A stretch of DNA of 64,000 bases from an uncultured Acidobacteriota bacterium (lineage in GTDB: Bacteria > Acidobacteriota > Terriglobia > Acidiferrales > UBA7541): positions 737,921-801,920 of the forward strand of contig CAWIRU010000009.1 of NCBI GenBank assembly GCA_963838705.1, read 5' to 3'. The notes under the pieces are model-generated. The model searched no databases. It worked only from the letters and a program-made list of their open reading frames with translations, and was not told the DNA's origin. Both the position numbers and the translations under genes were made by a program. Of this stretch, positions 8,845 to 19,017 are shown one piece after another; the stretch's first letter is position 1, and each line of letters starts with the position of its first letter.

Positions 8845-11136
8845 ATGCCATCAACCATACGGCCGACCGAACCGCCCGTCAAATCGCCCGCTGAGTCGTC
8901 GGTGGCGTCGCGCGTATCTGCGACGCACTCGCGTGTTGCGCCATCTCCGGCATCCCGAATCGCGGCGATTTCTGCCGAAATTCCGCTCGAAATCCACGGC
9001 TCGCGAAAATCGCTCACGGATGGGCATCCCATTGAAGCTTTCCACGAGGACACCGTCAGCGTCATCGTGTTCCCAAATGGCGGAATCGTCCGGCTCGCCG
9101 CGGGTGTGTCCAAGGGACAGATGGTTGCGGTGACGAATCTGAACACGCAGCGCGGGATGCTGTGCCGCGTGGCCAACGTGCGCACGTATCCCAATCTGAA
9201 AAGCTACGTCGAAATCGAATTCACGCAGTCTGCACCAGGCTTTTGGGGCGTGAAATTTCCGGCTGAGGTAGCAGCGCCTTCCGATTCGCCCGCAACGCAG
9301 GCTCCAGAGCCGCCAGCGCCAGCGAAGCAGGACGCTGGTCCACCAGTCGTGCCTTCTTCACGGCAGCGCGAACCTGAAATTCCATCAAGCAATGCCGCTG
9401 CGGATGAACCGACTCTCGTTCACGTCAGCGCGGACGAAGAGAATGCGCATCCTGAAATCGAGGCGCCCGCCAGACAGACGGAATTGAAGCCCGAGGATTT
9501 CTGGGGCGCGAGTTTCCCGGCGGAGATGATTGATGCCGTCGCAGCTCCTCGCGCGTCGAGCGCAAAGCCAGCCGCGCCTGCCCCGCCCGCATCGAAATCT
9601 CCGTCGCCTGCGGCCAACGCGCCAACGGCGGAAGCCGCGAACGCCGAGCCCATTGATCTCGCGATTGATGATGATGAGACCTGGTCCGATTTGCTCTCTC
9701 AACTCCCGACGAGGCCTGAGAAGCCGGTCCCCCCTCGGCCGCCGGAAATCTCCGAAGACGATTTGCATCTCGAGAGCGTGGCGCCGCCGGCGAATGCCCC
9801 GGTTGCGCGAGCCCCGATTACGGAGTCCTTGCCTTCCGAAACGTCGGCTTTCAAACCGCTGCCTCCCGAACAGCCGGCGGTTTCGCCCTTGCCGTCACCG
9901 AATTCGAATCCGGCCTCGCCTGCGGCTTTGAAAGAATTAGAGCGATTGGCGCTCGGACATCTCGATACGAACCAGGACGAGCCCGCCGCCCACCGGCCGG
10001 CGAGAATTGCCGGACCAGTCCAGAAGCCGAAGCATGGATCGCCGGACCTCGCGAATTTTGAGCGCCCGCTCGAGCACCGTCTGGCTTCGAGTGCGGCGCC
10101 GTTGCATTCCTTTACCACGCCATCGGACGGCGGCATCCCACTGCCGTCGCAAGCGCTCCCGGCATCAAGCGGCGAAAAACCAAGCTTCGGCAACTTTCTG
10201 AAAGATCCCGAGCCGCGGACATCCGCTCAGCGCGTTTTTTCCGAGCATTCGGATGTCATGACCGCCAGCCTTCTCGCTCCAACTCCGCCGCTGCACGCGC
10301 AATCAGCGAGTGGGTCGAATTCGGGCTTCCTCCTCGCGGCGGCCGCTGTCGTGATTCTGGCGCTCGGAGGCGCCTGGTTTTTTATTGAGAATGTGAGCAA
10401 TTCTCCAGCGCAGCCCGCAGTCGTTGGAAAGCCCGCGGGTGAACAAGCTCCTTTGCCGCCGGGGAATTTGCGGCCGAACGCCGAGCCGTACGAGACGCCG
10501 CAGGGCGCGGATGGTCCGTCATCAGCGGCCGGCGCGGATTCAAATCCTGGCACACCGGAGACTGGTGTCGAGGTTGAGCTAACGACGGCCGTGACGCCAC
10601 CTTCAAAGGACGGCGCCTCTCCGGCTCCGTCGCCGAAATCGCAAGCGAAACCGGCGAACCGGCGCTCGTCGATTCCGCCATTGAGTTTGAGCGCGCCGAC
10701 TACGGACAACGACGGCCCATCGAGCACCAACGTTGAGGCACCACCTGACGTCCCCGGCGGCGCGGCCGCGCCAACCAGCGGAGACACGCTGAGCAAATTC
10801 GGCGCGAACGCGGGCGTCAACATTCCGCGCCCGGCGGTTCCAAATCCATCGGCGGCAGCTCCCACCGGCGGCAAAGTGACTCAGCCGCGGCTAATTTGGT
10901 CGACGCCGCCTGTCTACCCAGTCGCCGCGAAACAGAACGACATTCAAGGCGACGTCAAAATCGACGCGACAATCAACGAATCCGGCCACGTCGCGAAGAT
11001 GAAAGCCATCTCAGGGCCGTTCCTCTTGCAGCAGCCGGCGATGGACGCCGTCCGGCAGTGGAAATACGAGCCTTCGACGCTCGACGGCAAGCCCGTTGCG
11101 GTTCAACTCGTAGTCACTGTTCAGTTTCGGCGCTGA
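8845..11136 (+). CDS. TonB C-terminal-domain protein with a PilZ-like N-terminal beta-barrel, a long Pro/Ala-rich linker and one TM helix
   Basis: C-terminal TonB domain RLIWSTPPVYPVAAKQNDIQGDVKIDATINESGHVAKMKAISGPFLLQQPAMDAVRQWKYEPSTLDGKPV. TM helix FLLAAAAVVILALGGAWFFI. The N-terminal approx. 130 aa (SRKSL...VSVIVFPNGGIVRLAAGVSKGQMVAVTNLNTQRGMLCRVANV) resembles a degenerate PilZ domain. The true start is uncertain. Confidence 0.65.
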   Translation: MPSTIRPTEPPVKSPAESSVASRVSATHSRVAPSPASRIAAISAEIPLEIHGSRKSLTDGHPIEAFHEDTVSVIVFPNGGIVRLAAGVSKGQMVAVTNLNTQRGMLCRVANVRTYPNLKSYVEIEFTQSAPGFWGVKFPAEVAAPSDSPATQAPEPPAPAKQDAGPPVVPSSRQREPEIPSSNAAADEPTLVHVSADEENAHPEIEAPARQTELKPEDFWGASFPAEMIDAVAAPRASSAKPAAPAPPASKSPSPAANAPTAEAANAEPIDLAIDDDETWSDLLSQLPTRPEKPVPPRPPEISEDDLHLESVAPPANAPVARAPITESLPSETSAFKPLPPEQPAVSPLPSPNSNPASPAALKELERLALGHLDTNQDEPAAHRPARIAGPVQKPKHGSPDLANFERPLEHRLASSAAPLHSFTTPSDGGIPLPSQALPASSGEKPSFGNFLKDPEPRTSAQRVFSEHSDVMTASLLAPTPPLHAQSASGSNSGFLLAAAAVVILALGGAWFFIENVSNSPAQPAVVGKPAGEQAPLPPGNLRPNAEPYETPQGADGPSSAAGADSNPGTPETGVEVELTTAVTPPSKDGASPAPSPKSQAKPANRRSSIPPLSLSAPTTDNDGPSSTNVEAPPDVPGGAAAPTSGDTLSKFGANAGVNIPRPAVPNPSAAAPTGGKVTQPRLIWSTPPVYPVAAKQNDIQGDVKIDATINESGHVAKMKAISGPFLLQQPAMDAVRQWKYEPSTLDGKPVAVQLVVTVQFRR

Positions 11137-11250
11137 CGAAGCGCGGCTTCGGCCTCCGTGCCGGATCCAACTGAAGCAAATTTCCTGATTAAATCAATAA
11201 CGCGTAGTTCCGTTCTTCGGAGCGGTGCGTTCTGAAGCAAAGTTGTTCGC

Positions 11251-13176
11251 GTGGTATTATCGTCGTTTGGAAATTCGCGCAAAAAGCTGACCTCGACCAG
11301 CGTGGAAGCACATCTCACACAACAAGACGACGCGTCGCGTTTTTCATTGACCAGCCGCGCGTCCATTCTTCTTCTCCTCGTACTTTCGGCGGCGATCTAT
11401 ATCGGCAACGCTGCCGAGCCGCCGCTGCTCGATGATGCCGACGCGTCGCACGCGCTTGTCGCGCGCGAAATGCTCCAGCGCGGCGATTGGGCGGTGATGT
11501 ACATGAACGGCATCCGCTACCTCGAGAAGGCGCCGCTGCATTACTGGCTCGTCGCCGCGACGTACGCCGTCGCGGGACAAAATGCTTTCACTACGCGCCT
11601 CCCGCTCGCGCTGGCCGTGATTGCGCTGACGCTCGTCTCGTATTTTTTCGGGCGGCGGTTTTTCGGCGAGCGCGCGGGGTTGTATGCGGGCCTGGTGACC
11701 TGCACGAGCATCGGCGTATTTCTTTTCACGCGCATCATGATTCCCGAAGCGATTTTCGCGCTCGAACTGACGGCGGCGTTTTATCTGTTTCTACTGGCGT
11801 GGACGCGGCAAATCAGCGCGCGCGCGGGAATGTGGGGATGCGCTGCGATGACGGGCCTCGCAGTTCTCACGCTTGGCCTAGTTGGCGTCGTGTTCACGGC
11901 CGCGATTTTGATCGCGTTCCTGCTCGCGACCGGCGGCTGGAACCGCTGGCGAGATCTCAAGCTGCCTTCGAGCATTCTGATTTTTCTGATCGTCGCCGTG
12001 CCGTGGCATCTCATCGCCGAGCATCGCTCGCCCGGTTTTCTTTGGTCCTACATCATCAACGAACATTTCAAGCGCGCTCTCGGCACACGCTATCCGCCCG
12101 ATTACGATTCGGTCCCGTTGCTGCTTTGGTGGGCGGCGCATCTGGTTTGGTTCGCGCCGTGGAGCGTTTTCCTGCCCTTCTCTCTCCGCGAATTCCCTGC
12201 CCCACGCACTCGGGGCCGCAACATGGCGCCGGGCAATCAGGCGCGCTTGCTGCTCTTCATCTGGGCCGGCGTGATCATGATCTTTTTCTCGCTCGAGAGC
12301 GGATCGCGGATGGAGTACTACGGCTTCGGCGCGTGGCCTGCCATCGCGCTGCTGCTCGGACTGGGCCTCGCGCGGGCGGAAGAAGCGGCATCGCGCTGGC
12401 TCACGCGGTTGCAAGCGATTCTTGCGGTCATCGGCGTGGCCGTTGGCTCTGTGCTCGCTTATTTTGTTTGGCTGTCTTTGCGCGTCAAGGCGACGGCGGA
12501 TATTTCGTCGCTTCTCGGAGAGCACTCGAATCTTTACAAGCTTTCGATGTCCCATTTTCTCGACCTCACTCCAGCCGCTTTCGCTGATCTTCGCTGGCAG
12601 GCGGGAGGCGCTGCGGTGATCGCGATTTTCGGATTGGGCGGGGCGTGGATGCTTCGGCGGATGCGGCGAGACTTCGCCGCAACTTTGACGCTGGCGATTT
12701 CGATGGCTGCATTTTTCTTCTGCGCGAATTCAGCCTACGGCATTTTTTCGACGAAGCTTTCCTCTCGCGTTCTTGCCGACGACATTCTTCCCTATCTTCG
12801 CCCGCAAGATCAGATTATCCAGTACGGCGATTTCAATTACGGCTCGAGCATTCCGTATTACACGCATCGCCGCGTGTATATCTACAATGGCCGATTTGGC
12901 ACCAATCTGGATTACGGCGCGAACTATCCCGACGCGCCGAAAATATTTCTCGATGACGCGACGTTCCCGGCGTTCTGGCAGCAGCCGGAGCGAATTTTCA
13001 TTTTCGTTCCCGAGGACATTCGCGATGCCGCTTTTGCGCGGCTGCCGGCGGAGAAGAGCTATTTGCTCGCAGAGAGCGGCGGAAAGTACATCTTTGTGAA
13101 CCAGCCGGTGCGGCCGAACATGGAAACGCTCGCGCAAGTCGAAGCGGCGATCTCTGCCACGCGTAAGATTCAATAG
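11251..13176 (+). CDS. Glycosyltransferase family 39/83 (ArnT/PMT-like) integral membrane protein
   Basis: Many TM helices. N-terminal loop DDADASHALVAREMLQRGDWAVMYMNGIRYLEKAPLHYW is typical of ArnT/dolichyl-phosphate-mannose protein mannosyltransferase-like enzymes. Confidence 0.7.
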   Translation: MVLSSFGNSRKKLTSTSVEAHLTQQDDASRFSLTSRASILLLLVLSAAIYIGNAAEPPLLDDADASHALVAREMLQRGDWAVMYMNGIRYLEKAPLHYWLVAATYAVAGQNAFTTRLPLALAVIALTLVSYFFGRRFFGERAGLYAGLVTCTSIGVFLFTRIMIPEAIFALELTAAFYLFLLAWTRQISARAGMWGCAAMTGLAVLTLGLVGVVFTAAILIAFLLATGGWNRWRDLKLPSSILIFLIVAVPWHLIAEHRSPGFLWSYIINEHFKRALGTRYPPDYDSVPLLLWWAAHLVWFAPWSVFLPFSLREFPAPRTRGRNMAPGNQARLLLFIWAGVIMIFFSLESGSRMEYYGFGAWPAIALLLGLGLARAEEAASRWLTRLQAILAVIGVAVGSVLAYFVWLSLRVKATADISSLLGEHSNLYKLSMSHFLDLTPAAFADLRWQAGGAAVIAIFGLGGAWMLRRMRRDFAATLTLAISMAAFFFCANSAYGIFSTKLSSRVLADDILPYLRPQDQIIQYGDFNYGSSIPYYTHRRVYIYNGRFGTNLDYGANYPDAPKIFLDDATFPAFWQQPERIFIFVPEDIRDAAFARLPAEKSYLLAESGGKYIFVNQPVRPNMETLAQVEAAISATRKIQ

Positions 13177-13189
13177 AGGCTTAGCGCGC

Positions 13190-14332
13190 CTATTTCCTGC
13201 CGGCGCGCTTTTGCGCGATTACGAGGCCGCGCGGCGTCGCTACCAGCACGACGGATAGCAGCCCTTCCTCTTCGAGCCGCAAAGCTGCTTCTCGCACGAT
13301 TTTGTAATGCGATGATGCGTCGTGCGTGAGGACAATTCCGTTGGGATTGATTTGCGGGAGAAACTTGCGGATTTCCTTTTCGCGGATGGGGATATCGCTG
13401 TCGCTGAAAAAAATGTCGATGGTGCCGTCAATTTTCATGTCGAGGCTTGATTCATTGCGGCACTCGATCCAATCGGCTAGGCCTGATGAGGCGATTCGCT
13501 CCTTCGCCTTCTGAAACACCACGGGATCAAATTCGCACGTAATGATTCGTCCAAAGCCGTTGGCCTTCATGCCTTCGGCCATCTTGATCGCGCTCAGGCC
13601 CATGAACGTTCCGGTCTCGACCACAAGATCCGGCTTCACCGTCATCACGAGCGATTTCAGAAAATCGAGGACTTCCACTTCCGCCGTCATCGAATCGAGC
13701 ATCTTCCAACGTTCGGGATGCGGGCATTCGGGCGTCGACGGCGTGTATTCTGACTGAATCGCTTCGCCCTGACTCGACACGCGTTCGATAATCCTGTGCT
13801 CCTCACGCCGCTTGAGAAATCGCGGAACGATCACAGCAATGATCGCGCCGCCCGCGATGATCCAAGCGGCCCAGAAAAGTCTGCTAGCGCGCGAAATCTC
13901 AAGACCGATCGTAGGCACGTAAATAAGCGGTGCAAAAAGCTCGAAAAATCCGGCCAAAATTAGAAATTCTCCGGCGACTATTCCGTCGGGCCGTTGAAAT
14001 TGGATCTGCCTTCGCCCTTCGAGCCAAAGGTAAATACCGATGAGCACCGCCGCGACGCCTTCCAAGGGAAGTGGAGAGGCCCCTTTCATGCTGCCGGTCA
14101 TCGCGAAAAACACGCCCAACGGCACCAGGAAAAACGCGGCAATGCACGCATCGAACGCCATAGCGGCGATATCCAGCGCTGTGAGAGCGCTGACGCTACC
14201 GGGGCGCGAAATTCGAATCCGCCGCCTGAGCAAATCCCTCCAGCACACGGCGACCCCAGCGATTACACTGACGATGAAAATCAGTACGGGAGCAGACACG
14301 AGAACGGGCTCGTACGCGGAAGGAAATCTCAC
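13190..14332 (-). CDS. Membrane-anchored class I SAM-dependent O-methyltransferase (family 3-like). Probable GTG start at 14332, overlapping the glk stop (GTGA).
   Basis: C-terminal methyltransferase fold: VVETGTFMGLSAIKMAE (SAM-binding motif), IDIFFSDSD. The N-terminal half has several TM helices. The annotated long ORF (to 14665) would overlap glk, so the start was trimmed to the in-frame GTG at 14332. Confidence 0.55.
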   Translation of the reverse strand: MRFPSAYEPVLVSAPVLIFIVSVIAGVAVCWRDLLRRRIRISRPGSVSALTALDIAAMAFDACIAAFFLVPLGVFFAMTGSMKGASPLPLEGVAAVLIGIYLWLEGRRQIQFQRPDGIVAGEFLILAGFFELFAPLIYVPTIGLEISRASRLFWAAWIIAGGAIIAVIVPRFLKRREEHRIIERVSSQGEAIQSEYTPSTPECPHPERWKMLDSMTAEVEVLDFLKSLVMTVKPDLVVETGTFMGLSAIKMAEGMKANGFGRIITCEFDPVVFQKAKERIASSGLADWIECRNESSLDMKIDGTIDIFFSDSDIPIREKEIRKFLPQINPNGIVLTHDASSHYKIVREAALRLEEEGLLSVVLVATPRGLVIAQKRAGRK

Positions 14333-15291
14333 ACTTTGCCCGCGGCCACGTGCGCCGCGCCGATCAATGGGGCCTTTTCGTTCAGCACGATGCAAATCGG
14401 AACTTGAGAAAGCAGCGCGGTCATTTTCTCTTTGTGCGCCGCAGCGGTTGCGAATCGCCCTTCCTTCAACTTCGGAAGAATCTTCACGGCGATTCCTCCA
14501 GCGACATAAATGCCACCGAGCGCCACGTTGCGGATCGCGAGGTTTCCCGCCTCCGAGCCGTAGATGTCCACCCACAAGTCGAGCGTCCGCACGCAGACCG
14601 GGCAAGTTCCCGCGAGCGCGTGCTTGGTAATGAACGGAGCCGGATCGCAGTCCGGCTCTTCGCATTCCGGGTGCCGCACCGTCGGGTCGAGGAAGTCATG
14701 CAACGCCGGAAATCCGCGGCCTGAAAGAATCGTCTCGCAGCTTACGATTTCATTCCGCGCGCGCAAATATCGCCACAATTCAAGCTGCTGCTCCGTGTTC
14801 GGAGCCCAATCCGAATGACCGCCCTCGGTCGCGATGGGGTGATAGCGACCGCCGTCCCAGAAGAGAACCCCTTCGCCGAGCCCGGTGCCCGCCGCGATGA
14901 TGACTTTCGTCGCCCGCGGCCCTTCGATTCCAGCATGAATGCATTCAATTTCGGAGGGTTCGAGCACGAGAACGCTGTAACACGTCGCCTCGAGATCGTT
15001 CAGAAGCCGGACGTAAGCGACGCCGAGCATCCGCGCAAGATCTTCGCCCGCGACGTTCCACGGAATATTCGTCGTGCGGACGCGGTTATCAACGATCGGC
15101 CCGGCGATGCCGAAGCATGCCGCATCCACTTTTATTTTTGTTTCCTTCAGAAAATCGGCGACCAAATCCTCGAGCGTCGCGTACTTCTGGCTCGGCAGGC
15201 TGTCTTGCGTCACGCAAACGAGCTTTCCATCGCGTTCTTCAAACGCGCCGAGGTTCGACTTCGTTCCGCCTATGTCGCCCGCCAGTATCAT
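14329..15291 (-). CDS. glk: Glucokinase (ROK/Glk family)
   Basis: N-terminal ILAGDIGGTKSNLG ATP-binding motif. Glucokinase-like overall. Confidence 0.8.
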   Translation of the reverse strand: MILAGDIGGTKSNLGAFEERDGKLVCVTQDSLPSQKYATLEDLVADFLKETKIKVDAACFGIAGPIVDNRVRTTNIPWNVAGEDLARMLGVAYVRLLNDLEATCYSVLVLEPSEIECIHAGIEGPRATKVIIAAGTGLGEGVLFWDGGRYHPIATEGGHSDWAPNTEQQLELWRYLRARNEIVSCETILSGRGFPALHDFLDPTVRHPECEEPDCDPAPFITKHALAGTCPVCVRTLDLWVDIYGSEAGNLAIRNVALGGIYVAGGIAVKILPKLKEGRFATAAAHKEKMTALLSQVPICIVLNEKAPLIGAAHVAAGKV

Positions 15292-15407
15292 TCGCTCTCC
15301 CGTTTGCCGATGCCTCGATCGTTCATAGTTCGATTCTCGCGCACAGACTACCTTCTGCTATCCGCTCGCAATGCCGTGCGAGCCGATGCTCATTCACCGA
15401 CGCGCTG

Positions 15408-16949
15408 TTATAGATTTCGCCAGCGATGGCCGTCCGCTGCCGTCATTTCGTCCGCTGCATTGGGCCCGGCGCATCCCGCGGAGTAATTCGGGAACGCCGG
15501 CGGCTCCGCTTCGCTCCATTCCTTCAGGATCGGATCGACAAGTCCCCAAGCAGCTTCGACGCTATCGGCGCGATCGAAGAGCGTCGCGTCGCCGCGGATG
15601 CAATCGTTGATCAGCGTCGCGTAGGCATCCCGGGGCTTTCCGCCGAATGTTGCGCGGTATTTGAAATCCATCGTGACCGGGCCCATGTGCATCTTCGGCC
15701 CCGGCACCTTGGCGCCGAATGAGAGCGAGATTCCTTCGTCCGGCTGAATATTGAGCACCAGCATGTTCGGCTGTAATTGCTCGCCGCGAAAAACGAGATG
15801 CGGAGCCTGGCGGAATTGAATGGCAATTTCCGTAACCGCTTTTGCCAGGCGCTTTCCGGTGCGCAGATAGAAAGGCACGCCGCTCCAGCGCCAGTTATCC
15901 ACTTGGAGTTTGAGCGCCACGAATGTTTCGGTGGCGGATTTCGGCGCGACGCCAGGCTCTTCGCGATAGCCCGGGACCGCCTTGCCGTCGATTTCTCCGG
16001 GGCCGTACTGCCCGCGAACGACGTCGCTCCATACCGACTCAGGCGTGTACGGGCGCACGGACTGCAGCACTTTGATTTTTTCGTTGCGGACAGCCGTAGC
16101 CTCGAAGGTGGCGGGCGGCTCGAGGGCGACGAGCGAAGTCAATTGCAGGACGTGGCTTTGAATCATGTCCCGCAGGGCGCCGGTCGTTTCGTAAAATGCC
16201 GCGCGATGCTCCACGCCCAGCGTCTCGGCGGCGGTGATTTGAATCTGATCGACGTAACGGCGGTTCCAGAGCGGCTCGAAGATTCCATTACCGAATCGAA
16301 AGACGAGCAGATTTTGAACTGTCTCTTTGCCGAGATAGTGGTCAATCCGGTAGATTTGCGATTCGTCGAAAACGCCCAGCACCGTGCGATTGAGCTTCTG
16401 CGCGGATTCCAAATCACGGCCAAATGGCTTTTCGATAATGATGCGCGACCACGATTTTTCATCGCGCGGTTTTGCAAGGCCCGCGCGGCCGAGCTGCTCG
16501 ATTACTGGCGTGTAGATTTCGGGGGGCGTTGAAAGATAAAAAAGGCGATTGCCGCCCAACTGCCCGTCATTATCGAGTTCCTCCAATCTCTGCGCGAGTT
16601 GGCGATAGGAATCGGGATCATCGTAATTGCCGACGAAGTAATGCAAGTTCTGAAGGAAATCCTTTCGCGTCGAGCCATTCGCCGAACCCGCGTCATCTTT
16701 TGGCAGGAATTCCTCGCTCGCTGTGCGAAAGGTGTCGTCTGTCATTTTCGAGCGCGCGAACCCGAGCAATCGAAATCGCGGTGCGAGGCAGGCGTGCCTC
16801 GCCAGGTCGTATAGCGCCGGGAGAACTTTGCGCCGTGCGAGGTCTCCGGATGCGCCGAACATAATGATGGCGCACGGTTCGGAAGGAATTTCGCAGTAGT
16901 ACGCGTCCGCGTGGGCGATCTCGTTCAAATCCAAGCTTGGTGATGCCAT
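15408..16949 (-). CDS. zwf: Glucose-6-phosphate 1-dehydrogenase
   Basis: IIMFGASGDLARRKVLPALYDL NADP-binding motif and RIDHYLGKE active-site motif. Start chosen at MASPSL, which has a GAGGGAGAG ribosome-binding site upstream. Confidence 0.9.
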   Translation of the reverse strand: MASPSLDLNEIAHADAYYCEIPSEPCAIIMFGASGDLARRKVLPALYDLARHACLAPRFRLLGFARSKMTDDTFRTASEEFLPKDDAGSANGSTRKDFLQNLHYFVGNYDDPDSYRQLAQRLEELDNDGQLGGNRLFYLSTPPEIYTPVIEQLGRAGLAKPRDEKSWSRIIIEKPFGRDLESAQKLNRTVLGVFDESQIYRIDHYLGKETVQNLLVFRFGNGIFEPLWNRRYVDQIQITAAETLGVEHRAAFYETTGALRDMIQSHVLQLTSLVALEPPATFEATAVRNEKIKVLQSVRPYTPESVWSDVVRGQYGPGEIDGKAVPGYREEPGVAPKSATETFVALKLQVDNWRWSGVPFYLRTGKRLAKAVTEIAIQFRQAPHLVFRGEQLQPNMLVLNIQPDEGISLSFGAKVPGPKMHMGPVTMDFKYRATFGGKPRDAYATLINDCIRGDATLFDRADSVEAAWGLVDPILKEWSEAEPPAFPNYSAGCAGPNAADEMTAADGHRWRNL

Positions 16950-17287
16950 GGTGAACTCTCCCTCGAGCATTCCGGCCGCGCGCCGGAGGCTACCTTTTTA
17001 TTAAACTTTAAGGATTCCCGCAAGCACTCAGACCGCGGCCACCGATTTCTCCGCCGCAAGCAGGCATGGCGAGACTTCCCTTCGGAGCGCGAAGGCTGCC
17101 GCTTCCGGGTCCCCCGCGGCTTCCCCGCTGCGACGAGAAGACTCCAACTGGCGTTCGGCCGCGCGTTCCAGTATTCTTGGATTTCGATACGACGCGAATT
17201 GCTTCATCGGAGAGTGGAATGGCCAACGAGAAATGTGACGACGCACAGCCCGCCGCTGCGCCCGAGCCCGCCCCTGTGGGAGCGCGC

Positions 17288-17557
17288 ATGGTGATGTGCG
17301 TGAAATTCGGGAAGATGATGCCGGGCCTCGATCGCGTTCCGTGGAAGGGCGAACTCGGAAAGCGCGTCTACGAAACCGTCTCGAAGGAAGCTTGGAAGTT
17401 GTGGATCGAACACTCGAAGATGGTGATGAACGAATACCGCCTCAATCCCCTCGACCCGAACTCGCAGAAAATCATGGAACAGCAGATGGAACAATTCTTC
17501 TTCGGTGAAGGCGCGCGTCTCCCGGAAGGCTACGTCGCACCGAAGACTAAGGGCTGA
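17288..17557 (+). CDS. yggX: Fe(2+)-trafficking / oxidative-damage protection protein YggX
   Basis: MVMCVKFGKMMPGLDRVPWKGELGKRVYETVSKEAWKLWIEHSKMVMNEYRLNPLDP...EQFFFGEG matches the YggX family. About 89 aa from the internal ATG at 17288. The longer ORF start at 17066 is rejected. Confidence 0.8.
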   Translation: MVMCVKFGKMMPGLDRVPWKGELGKRVYETVSKEAWKLWIEHSKMVMNEYRLNPLDPNSQKIMEQQMEQFFFGEGARLPEGYVAPKTKG

Positions 17558-17649
17558 TTCAATCTCCGATCGCCGCCATGACAATTGTAGCGGCCGGCTT
17601 CAGCCGGGCATTTTCGCATTTCACTCCGCTCTGATTCGCGCGAAGACTT

Positions 17650-18948
17650 CTATGCTGTAATTCGCCCCGTCACGGGATGTTCCACCGGCAGCCGCGGTCT
17701 AATCACAAAATTCAATTTCGCATGCGCTTCTCTTAAGGCAGTCTCTGCGGCTTGAGGCGAATTTGCTCGCGAGAAAATAAATCCGAGATAACTCGATCCC
17801 TCCGGCCAAGCCGCGATGTTGTCATGTATTCGCGCAGTGATCAGCACGTCCTCGACGCCGGGGACGCTTTTTGCGGCTTCAATCCCCTCGACGCCCTCCA
17901 AATTCCCACCACGCGGCACCGGAATCATCATCACGCCCGCCGCGCCGTCCTCGCGAGCCAAATCACTGCCGCCGAGCCCGAGCGCGTGGCGTAAGATTAA
18001 TTCTTCGAGCGAAATCGTTTCATCGCCAAATCGCAGAGCGCGCGAGCACAAGCCGCCAATCGGACGCGGCGCGATTTCGAGCACCCACACTCCGTCGTCG
18101 TTGATTCGAAATTCGGCGTGAACTGGGCCGGTAACCAGCCCGAGCGCTGAAATGGACTTGGCCGCGCACTCGGCAATCGCATCTTGAGTTGGTTGCGGCA
18201 ATCGGGAAGGCGTTACGTAAATGGTTTCTTCGAAGTACGGCCCTTCGAGAGGATCCGGCTTATCAAAAATCGCGAGGACGCGCAGCCGGCCATCGGTGAG
18301 CAGCTCTTCGACGGCAACTTCGCGTCCAGGAATATACCGCTCGACCAAAATGCGATCGAACGTCGCGTCGCGCGTGGCCTGGATTTCCGGCTGATGGAAG
18401 AGCGAGCGAATCCGCTCGACCGCGCGCCGAAATTCGCCGGCATCATTCGCGCGGATTACTCCCTGACTCGCCGCAAGCGCCAGCGGCTTCAAAACGCATG
18501 GGAACGAAACGCGAGCGAGGACGGAGTTGATGTCTTCAGAAAGCGAAAACGCAAAGAAATTCGGCACTGGCAGCGTCGCGCGCTTCAACGTTTCGCGCTG
18601 GCTGAGCTTGTTCCGGCATATCTCGACTGCTTCGGGAGGATTGCCTTTCAATCCCAACGCGCGGGCCGCAAGCGCGCTCGTCGCCGTCGGACGATCTCCC
18701 AGCGCCAAAATCGCATCGGGCGCGTGGCCGAAGGTCTCTCGAACGATTTCACTCGCGGATTCTTCGGGATTTTCGAAATGCAAGGCCATCGCGCCATCGC
18801 CCCACGGATCGTCGAGCTTGTGGCAGCGATCGGTTCCGAGCGAAACTTCAACGCCGAGCTTTTTCGCAGCATCGGCGAAAGCTTGCGTCTGATATCCGAG
18901 CTTCGACGCCAAGATCAAAATTCGCTTTGGGGTAGAGTCCGCGTTCAT
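17650..18948 (-). CDS. ATP-grasp domain protein (carboxylate-amine ligase-like)
   Basis: Pre-ATP-grasp N-terminal domain (KRILILASKLGYQTQAFADAAKKLG). ATP-grasp core with VLKPLALAASQGV, ERYIPGREVAVEEL and EIAPRPIGG. The start may be 18996. Confidence 0.7.
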   Translation of the reverse strand: MNADSTPKRILILASKLGYQTQAFADAAKKLGVEVSLGTDRCHKLDDPWGDGAMALHFENPEESASEIVRETFGHAPDAILALGDRPTATSALAARALGLKGNPPEAVEICRNKLSQRETLKRATLPVPNFFAFSLSEDINSVLARVSFPCVLKPLALAASQGVIRANDAGEFRRAVERIRSLFHQPEIQATRDATFDRILVERYIPGREVAVEELLTDGRLRVLAIFDKPDPLEGPYFEETIYVTPSRLPQPTQDAIAECAAKSISALGLVTGPVHAEFRINDDGVWVLEIAPRPIGGLCSRALRFGDETISLEELILRHALGLGGSDLAREDGAAGVMMIPVPRGGNLEGVEGIEAAKSVPGVEDVLITARIHDNIAAWPEGSSYLGFIFSRANSPQAAETALREAHAKLNFVIRPRLPVEHPVTGRITA

Positions 18949-19017
18949 GTGTTCGCAGGGGCGTCCACCGCGGCGGACACCCGGCTTTCGCAGCAAAATC
19001 TGCCAAACATCTTTATG

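Noticed and set aside
13190-14665. Full 491-aa ORF for the methyltransferase
   Set aside because: The N-terminal 111 codons would overlap the glucokinase coding sequence on the same strand and are Arg/Gly-rich GC-frame noise. Trimmed to the GTG at 14332.
17066-17557. 163-aa version of the yggX ORF
   Set aside because: The YggX family is about 90 aa. Homology begins at MVMCVKFGK, at the ATG at 17288.
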